Positions 55,915 to 64,000 of a stretch of DNA of 64,000 nucleotides are shown piece after piece. Below the pieces are notes generated by a model that was not told the origin of the DNA, ran no database searches, and worked only from the letters and a program-made list of their open reading frames with translations. A program made the translations under genes and the position numbers. Within the stretch, counting starts at the first letter, position 1. Every line of letters begins with the position of its first letter. The stretch is from the NCBI GenBank assembly GCA_042570465.1, contig JBHPGO010000001.1:1656-65655 (forward strand), written 5' to 3'. Source of the stretch: Patescibacteria group bacterium. Its GTDB lineage: Bacteria > Patescibacteriota > Microgenomatia > PFEM01 > JBHPGO01.

Positions 55915-57618
55915 CTAATAAACCACTGTTGAAGTATCCCCAGTTGGCAAACCAAGCTCCTGAGCTTTAAGTAATCGTCTCATAATCTTTCCTGACCGAG
56001 TCTTAGGTAATTTCTCGACAAACTCAATCTCTCTTGGGTAAGCGTGGCCGGCTAATTCTTTTTTAACATACTTTTTAATTGTCTCCTCAAATTTAGCTGA
56101 GGCTTTTTTTCCGGGTCTTAAAGCCACAAAAGCCTTGATGATTTCTCCTCTCATTTGGTCTGGCTTCCCAATAACTCCGGCTTCAATAATATCAGGATGA
56201 GAAACCAAAGCCGATTCAACCTCAAAAGGCCCCACTCTTTCACCGGCCGTTTTGATGACATCATCAGCCCGACCGACAAACCAAAAATAGCCACGACCAT
56301 CTTTATAGGCTAGGTCACCACTAATGTACCAGCCTTTTTTAAAATAACTTTGGTATTTTTTTGGTCGGCGCCAAATTTTATTCATCATTGATGGCCAACC
56401 AGGCTTGACGGCCAAGTTGCCAATCTTATTGGCCGGAAACTCTTTCCCTTGATCATCGACAATGCCAGCCACCACCCCCGGAACCGGTTTCCCCATTGAG
56501 CCCGGTTTAATATCGAGGCAGGGAAGGTTAGCAATGAGTATTCCTCCGGTCTCAGTTTGCCACCAATTGTCATGAAAAGGCAGCCCAAAGGTTTTCAAAC
56601 CCCAATAAATTGCTTCCGGATTTAAGGGTTCACCGACACTGGCCAAGTGCCTCAAAGAACTAAAATCATATTTCTTGGCTAAGGCTGGGCTGGCAGCAGA
56701 AAGCATTCTGATGGCTGTCGGAGCCGTGTACCAAACATTAACCCGATGTTCCTGAATTAACTGATACCATTTCTCAGGTGAGAATCGACCCTCATAAACT
56801 AAAGAAGCGGCTCCATTACTCCAAGAACCTAAAATCTCATAAGCAATCCCGGTTACCCAGCCCGGATCAGCCGTACACCAATAGACATCGTCTTCCTGAA
56901 GATCCAAAACCCAATGAGCCGTCATGTGTTCGTGCAAGATAGCTCGATGAACATGAATCACCCCTTTTGGTTTACCAGTCGTTCCGGAAGTATAGAGCAT
57001 AAATGCCGGCTCGTCAGGCTTCATTTTGGCGCATTTAAATTTGTCCGGCATTTTGTTCAAAAGGTTTTCTAAATTTTCAACTAAAATTACTTTTTTTAGA
57101 TTCGGTAATTTTGAAGCAATCTTCTCAACTCGAGGATAAAGCTTTTTATTGGTCACAAGGAATTTTGCGTCAGAATTTTCCAGTCGGTCAAAGAGAGCTT
57201 TGGGCCCAAAAGCAGAAAACATTGTTCCAGCGATTGCTCCGGTTTTTAAAGTTCCCAAAAAACCAAAGTACAACTCAGGTACACGAGGTAAGAAAAAGAA
57301 AACCCGTTCCCCTTTCTTGATCCCCTGTTTTTTTAAAAGATTGGCAAATTGATTAGAAAGCTTGTAAAGCTCAAAAAAAGTGAACTTTTTTTTCTGACCG
57401 TCTTGGCCTTCCCAATATAGAGCCACCTTGTTCTTTCTTGGTCCTTCAATGTGACGATCAATGGCGTTGTGAGCAGCGTTTAGCCTAGATTGGGGAAACC
57501 AATCGAGATTTTTTTCCGCCTTTTTCCAGCTAAAAGAACGATAAGTTTTTTGATAATCAACCAAATTTGGTTTTCTCAAAAGATATTTTTTTGTTTTTTT
57601 AATCAGGTCTTTTTTCAT
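55915..57618 (-). CDS. acs: AMP-forming acetyl-CoA synthetase / acyl-CoA ligase
   Basis: YTSGTTGKPKG AMP-binding motif; 567 aa. Confidence 0.75.
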   Translation of the reverse strand: MKKDLIKKTKKYLLRKPNLVDYQKTYRSFSWKKAEKNLDWFPQSRLNAAHNAIDRHIEGPRKNKVALYWEGQDGQKKKFTFFELYKLSNQFANLLKKQGIKKGERVFFFLPRVPELYFGFLGTLKTGAIAGTMFSAFGPKALFDRLENSDAKFLVTNKKLYPRVEKIASKLPNLKKVILVENLENLLNKMPDKFKCAKMKPDEPAFMLYTSGTTGKPKGVIHVHRAILHEHMTAHWVLDLQEDDVYWCTADPGWVTGIAYEILGSWSNGAASLVYEGRFSPEKWYQLIQEHRVNVWYTAPTAIRMLSAASPALAKKYDFSSLRHLASVGEPLNPEAIYWGLKTFGLPFHDNWWQTETGGILIANLPCLDIKPGSMGKPVPGVVAGIVDDQGKEFPANKIGNLAVKPGWPSMMNKIWRRPKKYQSYFKKGWYISGDLAYKDGRGYFWFVGRADDVIKTAGERVGPFEVESALVSHPDIIEAGVIGKPDQMRGEIIKAFVALRPGKKASAKFEETIKKYVKKELAGHAYPREIEFVEKLPKTRSGKIMRRLLKAQELGLPTGDTSTVVY

Positions 57619-57629
57619 CGTCGTTTTGT

Positions 57630-59252
57630 TTATTCAAGTAAGTTGCGTCCGGTCATTAAGGTTGGTTTTTCAATTCCCAGTAAACCTAATATCGTTGGGG
57701 CGACATCGGCTAAAATTCCTCGCGATAAAACCCTGTTTCCGACTATTGCCTTGCCAACAATAATCAGGGGAACTGCGTTGGTTGAATGTTTGGTGTCAAT
57801 TTCACCGGTTTCAAGGTCGATCATTTCCTCAGCATTACCATGATCAGCCGTAACCACCGCCGCCCCATCAATACTTAATACTATTTTTATCAGTTTCTCT
57901 AGACAATTGTCAACTACCTCACAAGCCTTGCTTCCAGCCTCTAAAACTCCGGTGTGACCGACCATGTCAGGGTTGGCAAAATTAATAACAAAAAAATCAA
58001 AGATATTTAGCCTTAACTGCTTAATGACTGTTTCGGTTACTCCGTGGGCCGACATTTCTGGCTTTAAGTCATAGGTAGCAACACTTGGAGAAGGAATTTC
58101 CATCCTAACTTCGCCCGGAAAAACATCCTCCCTTTGACCATTGAAATAATAGGTCACGAATCTTTCTTTTTCTGTCTCGGCGATACGAAATTGCCTAATC
58201 CCCCTTTCTGACAAAGCCCTTGCCAAAGGGTATTTGACCTTTTCCGGTGGAAAAGCAGACTGAGCCGGTAAGCCTGGCTCATACTCTGTCATTGTCACAA
58301 AGATCAAGTCTTCGACAATTTTTTCCCGTTTAAAAGTAGCTCTCCCTGCTGGGGCTTCATAAACTTTCAAGCCGTACCTTTCAGCGTAGGGGTCAAAGGC
58401 AGCCTTGCTGATTTTGACATTTTCAAAATCAGGCAAAACAAAGGCCTTAGTTATCTGACGAGGGCGGTCGATCCGGTAGTTAAAAAAGATGACAGCGTCA
58501 TGGTCTTCAATCAAGCCCTCAGGATCAATTAAAGTTGGCTCAATAAATTCATCCGTTTGCTTGGCTTGATAAGCCAAATTAATTCCGTCGGAAGCTGAAT
58601 TAGCCCGGTTGCCCTTCCCCTGGACCAATAACTCATAAGCTTTTTTGGTTCTTTCCCAACGATAATCTCTGTCCATCGCAAAGTAGCGACCACAAATAGT
58701 CGAGATTTTGCCCAAGCCAAGTTTTCTTGAAACTTGCTCTACTTGAGTCACAAATGCTCGTGCTGAGGTTGGAGAAGAATCTCTTCCGTCAGTAAAAAGA
58801 TGTAAATAGACTTTTTTTAAACCAGCCGCACTGGCGAGTTTCATTAAGGCAAAAAGATGGTCCATGCTGGAGTGAACCCCACCTCCACCAACCAAGCCCA
58901 TTAGGTGAAGCTTAGACTGGTTTCGAGTGGCGTGATCAGTGGCCATCTTAAAAGCTGGAATTTGAAAAAAACTCTCATCGGCGATAGCCATATCAATTCT
59001 GGGCAAATCTTGAAAAACAATCTGGCCCGCTCCAAGATTCAAATGGCCTGTTTCTGAATTTCCGTCTTCACCACGAGGCAGACCAACGGCTTCACCAGAA
59101 GCCACCAGTTGAGTGTGAGGAAAGTTTGACCAAAGCCGATTAAAATAAGGCGTTTTTGCTTTAGTCACCGCATTGCCAGGACCATCAGGAGCAATTCCCC
59201 ATCCGTCAAGAACGATGAGAACAACAGGTTTAAAATTTTGGCCTTTAATCAT
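57630..59252 (-). CDS. gpmI: 2,3-bisphosphoglycerate-independent phosphoglycerate mutase
   Basis: N-terminal VLIVLDGWG; 540 aa; 4-nt overlap with eno. Confidence 0.85.
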   Translation of the reverse strand: MIKGQNFKPVVLIVLDGWGIAPDGPGNAVTKAKTPYFNRLWSNFPHTQLVASGEAVGLPRGEDGNSETGHLNLGAGQIVFQDLPRIDMAIADESFFQIPAFKMATDHATRNQSKLHLMGLVGGGGVHSSMDHLFALMKLASAAGLKKVYLHLFTDGRDSSPTSARAFVTQVEQVSRKLGLGKISTICGRYFAMDRDYRWERTKKAYELLVQGKGNRANSASDGINLAYQAKQTDEFIEPTLIDPEGLIEDHDAVIFFNYRIDRPRQITKAFVLPDFENVKISKAAFDPYAERYGLKVYEAPAGRATFKREKIVEDLIFVTMTEYEPGLPAQSAFPPEKVKYPLARALSERGIRQFRIAETEKERFVTYYFNGQREDVFPGEVRMEIPSPSVATYDLKPEMSAHGVTETVIKQLRLNIFDFFVINFANPDMVGHTGVLEAGSKACEVVDNCLEKLIKIVLSIDGAAVVTADHGNAEEMIDLETGEIDTKHSTNAVPLIIVGKAIVGNRVLSRGILADVAPTILGLLGIEKPTLMTGRNLLE

Positions 59253-60526
59253 GTCGCCGGAACTCCTTTTTCTGCCAGCTCGAGCTCGCTTTCAATTTTT
59301 AACAGTCGGTTATATTTGCTGACCCTTTCTCCTCGAGCCGGAGCGCCAAACTTAACAAACCCGGCCCCAGTCCCAACTGCAAAATCAGCGATAAAATCGT
59401 CATTTGTTTCTCCACTGCGATGGGAAACTACGGTTTGAAACCTGTTTTCATGAGAAACTCTGATCACTTCAGCCGCCTCAGAAATTGTTCCAATTTGATT
59501 TGGCTTCACTAAAACACCGCTGCAAGCCTTTTCTTTAATCGCCTTTAAAATCCTTGTTTTATTGGTGGCCAGCAAATCATCACCAACAACAATCGTCTTT
59601 GGCAAGTCCTTAGTAATTCCCTTCCAACCTTTCCAGTCATCTTCATGAAAAGGATCCTCAAGAAGCATCAGGTGATATTGGCTGTTAATGTCCCGATAGT
59701 ATTCCACCAGCTCACCGGTATCCATCGGCATTGTTTTGTCTCGAATTTTGTATTTTCCGCCTTCATAAAACTGTGAAGCAGCCACATCTAAACCCAAGAA
59801 AACATCTTCCTCAAGATTGTAACCAGACTCTCCGATTGCCTCTTTTAAGACTTCCAAGGCATCAACATTAGTAAAAAGATGCGGGGCAAAGCCACCTTCG
59901 TCACCAACGCTCTGATCAGCTCCATGACGCATTAAGACTTTTTTAAGCGTTTGGTAGATTTCTTCCGCCACCCTTAAAGAAACTGGAAACTCCATTTCAC
60001 TTTTGGGAATAACATGAAACTCTTGAAAATTTAAATTCCCAGCTCCGTGCTTGCCGCCATTAATCAGATTAAAAGTGGCCGTCGGGATTTTAAGATTTTT
60101 TTTACCGGGAAAAAAAGTATCCCTCACATGAAGATAAATTGGAATTTTTTTAGCGGCCGCTCCGGCCTTACAAACCGCTTGAGAAACTGAAAGAATGGCG
60201 TTTGCCCCTAGTTTTGATTTATTCTCAGTTCCATCAAGAGTCACCAAAATCTCATCAATTCTCATTTGCTGAATCGGGTCAAGACCAATCACTTTTTTGG
60301 CCAAAACCTGATTAACGTTGGCGACTGCTCCTAAAACTCCCATTCCACCGTAGCGTTTTGGATCATTGTCTCTGAGCTCAACAGCTTCATAATTGCCTAA
60401 AGAAGCTCCGGCGGGAACAGAGGCCTTAACCACCAATTCATTATCAAGAATTATCTGAGTTTCGATGGTTGGGTTGCCTCTGGAGTCTAGAATTTCCCTG
60501 GCTTTAAGGAGTTTAATTTTTGCCAC
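59249..60526 (-). CDS. eno: enolase
   Basis: SHRSGETNDDFIADFAVG; 425 aa. Confidence 0.9.
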   Translation of the reverse strand: MAKIKLLKAREILDSRGNPTIETQIILDNELVVKASVPAGASLGNYEAVELRDNDPKRYGGMGVLGAVANVNQVLAKKVIGLDPIQQMRIDEILVTLDGTENKSKLGANAILSVSQAVCKAGAAAKKIPIYLHVRDTFFPGKKNLKIPTATFNLINGGKHGAGNLNFQEFHVIPKSEMEFPVSLRVAEEIYQTLKKVLMRHGADQSVGDEGGFAPHLFTNVDALEVLKEAIGESGYNLEEDVFLGLDVAASQFYEGGKYKIRDKTMPMDTGELVEYYRDINSQYHLMLLEDPFHEDDWKGWKGITKDLPKTIVVGDDLLATNKTRILKAIKEKACSGVLVKPNQIGTISEAAEVIRVSHENRFQTVVSHRSGETNDDFIADFAVGTGAGFVKFGAPARGERVSKYNRLLKIESELELAEKGVPAT

Positions 60527-62882
60527 GTTTAGTCACCAATCTTTTTTCTACTTGATAAACTAGTCCTCTGGTCCGGTCAATAGCGTCCGGGTTAACTGAC
60601 AGACTAGTCACCCCCCACTTAACTAGATTCTCAACCAGGTCGGGATATGTCGAAGCAGCTTGACCACAGATAGAGGCGGTAACTTTAGCCCGATGACAAA
60701 CTTCAATCGTCCTTTTTATGGCCCACAAAACAGCCGGGTTTTGCTCATCAAATCCCTTGGCTAGCTCTTCATTGTCACGATCAATTCCCAAAGTAAGCAT
60801 CGTCAAATCATTTGAGCCGATAGAAACCCCATCAAGGCCAACTTTAATAAAGTCTTCTAGTAAAATAACGTTAGCTGGAATTTCAACCATTAACCAAAGT
60901 TTAAAACTTGGACTTCTGAACAAGCCTCGAGAACCAATAATTTTTTTAACCTCTTTTAGTTCTAAAGGGGTTCGGCAAAAGGGAACCATCATCCAAAGAT
61001 TTTTTAATCCCATTTTATTTCTGACAACCTTAATCGCCTCTAATTCAAGCTCAAAAGTTTTCGGATCAGAAAGATAACGAAAAGCACCCCGAAAACCAAT
61101 AAATGGGTTAGACTCAACTGGTTCAAAAGCCTTACCTCCAACTAAATTCCGATACTCGTTAGTCTTAAAGTCGCTGCTGCGATAGATGACTGGCCGGGGA
61201 GAAAAATGTTGACAAAAGGTCGCCATCCCTTCGGCTAATTTATTGATATACTCTTTGCTTTTTTTGTCTTTGATGGCTTTTTTAGGGTGAACTCCAATTT
61301 CTGCCATCATAAACTCGGCTCTTAGCAAGCCAACTCCCTCAACATTCATTTTACTGACTTCTAAAGCTCTTTCAGGTTCTCCCAAATTAACGTAAATTTT
61401 TGTGGCTGTTTTAATTGAAGACAAAACAGAGTGCGGTTTATTTTTTTCAGATAAACCTCTGATTTCTTTGCTTGGCCTGGCCTTTATTCCTCCTTTTAGA
61501 ATTTCTCCTGAGCTTCCATTAACAGTCACAATCTGCCCTTTATCGAGGGCCTTGGTGGCACTCTCAGTTCCAACAACACAAGGAATCCCCAGCTCGCGAC
61601 TGACAATCGCCGCGTGGGAAGTTTGGCCGCCCTTGTCTGTAATAATCGCCATTGCTTTTTTCATTGCCGGAACAAAGTCAGGGGTTGTCATCGAAGTTAC
61701 CAAAATATCACCTTTATTAATTTTGTAAATCTCTTTAGCTGACTTGATGATTTTAACCGGACCACTGACAATTCCCGGACTGGCGGCGGCGCCGGTTAGT
61801 AAAGTTGGTTTTCCCCTCAGCTGTTTTTCAAGACCGGTTTCTTTTGCTTTTTTAGTTTCCTTAATCGTTGTCACCGGCCTGGTTTGTAAAATCCAAAGCT
61901 TACCATCTGCCAGGGCCCATTCAATGTCTTGGGGGAAGAAATAATGGCGATGGATTTTTTTGCCCAATGTTGCCAGCTCCTTGATTTGATGATTAGTTAA
62001 TTTTCTTTTAACTTGGAATTTGTGAGAAACCTTTGTTTCTTTGTTCAAAGTTTCAGCTTTGACTAATTGAATTAATTGTTTGGCGACATAAATATCAAGA
62101 ATTTTCAAATCGCTTTTTCTGACCAGGTAGCGATCAGGAGTAACCTTTCCCTGAACAATATACTCGCCCAAACCATAAATTGCCTCGATAATCAGCGATT
62201 TTTTGTCGTTGGTTATCGGGTCAATCGTAAACATCACCCCTGAAACATCAGAAGAAACCATCTTTTGAATCGGGACTGCCATGCCAACCTTCATGTGCTT
62301 AAAGCCTTTTTCTTCACGATAAAATATCGCTCTGGCCTCAAAAAGAGAAGCCCAGCAGTCTCTAACCGTCTGAACGACATTGGCTTCTCCTTTGACATTC
62401 AAGTAAGTTTCTTGCTGACCGGCAAATGAGGCTCCAGGCAAATCTTCGGCCGTGGCTGAAGAACGAACCGCAACCAATACCTGTTTAAAATGAGAGCCAA
62501 GCTGAAGATAGTTCTTAATAATATCTTGAGAAATATCTTTTGGAATCGGACTTTTCCTGATGATTTTTTTAATTTTCTCTGAGGCATGAGCAAAAGTCTC
62601 GGGTCGGTCCTTGTCAAGGTGTTTTAAATGATCTTTAATGACCCCCTTCAAATTATTGCTTTTAATAAACTGATAATATGCATGACTGGTGACGACAAAA
62701 CCGTCCGGTACAGGGATTTTAAAAGAAAACATTTCTCCCAAATTGGCTCCTTTGCCCCCAACTTGACCGCCATCATCTTTATCAATTTCTTTAAACCAAA
62801 GAATGTTCTTGCTTTTCTTTTGTTGCTTCATTTTAAAAACCTTTTTTAACCTTTGAGCGCCTTTTTTAAATAAATAATCCAA
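60513..62882 (-). CDS. ppsA: phosphoenolpyruvate synthase (PEP-utilising enzyme; PPDK is a less likely alternative)
   Basis: Phosphohistidine domain GGQTSHAAIVSRELGIPCVVG; 789 aa, typical of PpsA. Confidence 0.75.
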   Translation of the reverse strand: MDYLFKKGAQRLKKVFKMKQQKKSKNILWFKEIDKDDGGQVGGKGANLGEMFSFKIPVPDGFVVTSHAYYQFIKSNNLKGVIKDHLKHLDKDRPETFAHASEKIKKIIRKSPIPKDISQDIIKNYLQLGSHFKQVLVAVRSSATAEDLPGASFAGQQETYLNVKGEANVVQTVRDCWASLFEARAIFYREEKGFKHMKVGMAVPIQKMVSSDVSGVMFTIDPITNDKKSLIIEAIYGLGEYIVQGKVTPDRYLVRKSDLKILDIYVAKQLIQLVKAETLNKETKVSHKFQVKRKLTNHQIKELATLGKKIHRHYFFPQDIEWALADGKLWILQTRPVTTIKETKKAKETGLEKQLRGKPTLLTGAAASPGIVSGPVKIIKSAKEIYKINKGDILVTSMTTPDFVPAMKKAMAIITDKGGQTSHAAIVSRELGIPCVVGTESATKALDKGQIVTVNGSSGEILKGGIKARPSKEIRGLSEKNKPHSVLSSIKTATKIYVNLGEPERALEVSKMNVEGVGLLRAEFMMAEIGVHPKKAIKDKKSKEYINKLAEGMATFCQHFSPRPVIYRSSDFKTNEYRNLVGGKAFEPVESNPFIGFRGAFRYLSDPKTFELELEAIKVVRNKMGLKNLWMMVPFCRTPLELKEVKKIIGSRGLFRSPSFKLWLMVEIPANVILLEDFIKVGLDGVSIGSNDLTMLTLGIDRDNEELAKGFDEQNPAVLWAIKRTIEVCHRAKVTASICGQAASTYPDLVENLVKWGVTSLSVNPDAIDRTRGLVYQVEKRLVTKRGKN

Positions 62883-63916
62883 TCTTCAGGACCAGGGTCT
62901 TCGTGGTTGGCAATTGAAAGATAGGCGCTGGTAAAACCACCAAGGTTGACTAACTCAAGGACTTGAGCTAGCTTTGATTCAGAGCGCATTTCATAAGCGA
63001 GGTTTTTAATCTTAAATTGATTAAGAACTTTTTGAGTTGCCTGGTACCTTTTTTGATTTCTTGGGTGGTAGTCAGAAGAAACGATCATCAAGTAAACCAT
63101 GTGCTTAATGAACATTTCAGGCTTTCCAAAGGCCTCCACTAGGTGGTGGTTCATCTCAGGCAGATCATAAAAATGAGCGTTGGTATGGGCAATCTCATTT
63201 AATTGAGTTCTGAAAGTAAAAGTGGCGCCGTTAAGGTGTTGGCTGGAGATTAAAAATGGCACCAAGCCTTTGAATTCAAGGGCAAGTTTTTTGGCTGGAT
63301 TTTCAACTGTTGGTGCCTGAGGAAAAAATTTCATTTGGACCGCCTCAAATTCAGCCAGGGCCTTATTTAATAAGTCAGTAGACAAGTTAATCAAGTTCAA
63401 GTGAGAAAAAACTGCTAGCAGCGACCCAAGAGAATAGCCAACAGCGGTTTTGGGGTAACCCAAAGGGTTGTACCTAGGGTGATAGATAAAACCATCTTGT
63501 TTGTGACTTTCAATCATTTGACCGATTTTACCGTCAGTCGTGATCGCAAACGATTTGGCTTTTTTTTGTTTGGCTTGCTCCAGGCAGCTTAAAGTTTCTT
63601 CGGTGTTGCCTGAGTAGCTCGAAATGATCAGGAAAGTATCATGATCAATGTGGTTTGGCAAGTCGTATTCGGTGATTATTTGAAAAGGAAACTTTAATTC
63701 ATCTTGATAAAGAAATCTAACAATTCTCCCGGCTAAAGCCGAACCACCCATACCTGCCAAAGCAATTTTTTTAAACCCGGTCATTCTTTGAAGCACGGCC
63801 GCCTTATTAAAGTCATTAAAAACATTTCTAATTTGCTTAGGAAGGGCTTCGATCGAGCCAAGAGCGTCAGATTTGTCGATCTTTTTGAGGTTATTGATAT
63901 CGTCGAGCAGATTCAT
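62846..63916 (-). CDS. bifunctional phosphoglucose/phosphomannose isomerase (SIS domain, archaeal-type)
   Basis: GMGGSALAGRI SIS motif; 356 aa. Confidence 0.65.
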   Translation of the reverse strand: MNLLDDINNLKKIDKSDALGSIEALPKQIRNVFNDFNKAAVLQRMTGFKKIALAGMGGSALAGRIVRFLYQDELKFPFQIITEYDLPNHIDHDTFLIISSYSGNTEETLSCLEQAKQKKAKSFAITTDGKIGQMIESHKQDGFIYHPRYNPLGYPKTAVGYSLGSLLAVFSHLNLINLSTDLLNKALAEFEAVQMKFFPQAPTVENPAKKLALEFKGLVPFLISSQHLNGATFTFRTQLNEIAHTNAHFYDLPEMNHHLVEAFGKPEMFIKHMVYLMIVSSDYHPRNQKRYQATQKVLNQFKIKNLAYEMRSESKLAQVLELVNLGGFTSAYLSIANHEDPGPEDWIIYLKKALKG

Positions 63917-64000
63917 ACGACTAATTTTTGCAGATTAGGCAAAAGATAGCAAGAGGAGATTAATCCTTTGATTTAATTCCTCCAAGAGATTCTATTTGTT

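Overview
This is an AT-rich bacterial window with islands of GC-rich sequence. The gene content, small proteins and leaderless starts fit a reduced-genome organism such as Candidate Phyla Radiation/Patescibacteria, but that is inference; no rRNA is present. The right half (about 26–64 kb) is mostly housekeeping. It has an RND efflux pair, glyA-folD, an archaeal-type triosephosphate isomerase (TIM), a DEAD-box helicase, secG, lexA, a four-subunit 2-oxoacid:ferredoxin oxidoreductase, rsmI, acs, and a gluconeogenic/glycolytic block (gpmI-eno-ppsA-PGI/PMI). The left half (1–26 kb) and the 36–46 kb stretch are accessory-like. They hold small hypothetical genes bracketed by a roughly 100-bp repeat family, secreted carbohydrate-active proteins, an ATP-cone–Mrr-like nuclease fusion and nine tRNA genes. 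The carbohydrate-active set is a GH26-like hydrolase, a GT2 cellulose-synthase-like–GH26 fusion, a GH5-like enzyme and three dockerin-bearing proteins. The most unusual feature is at the tRNA loci. Six of the nine tRNAs (Gly-TCC, Leu-TAA, Gln-TTG, Gly-GCC, Phe-GAA, Leu-CAG) are flanked by partial copies of their own 5' or 3' portions, often tandemly repeated. These copies carry GC-rich palindromic insertions at reproducible positions (the D-loop, and the T-loop after TTCG). Two of the loci also carry short YhbQ-like GIY-YIG nuclease genes fused to the 5' fragments. Other repeat systems are a REP-like palindrome family flanking an IS200-like Y1 (RAYT-type) transposase, inverted repeats flanking a small membrane-protein gene, and a conserved promoter/operator module shared by two small ORFs. 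I found no CRISPR array and no rRNA.
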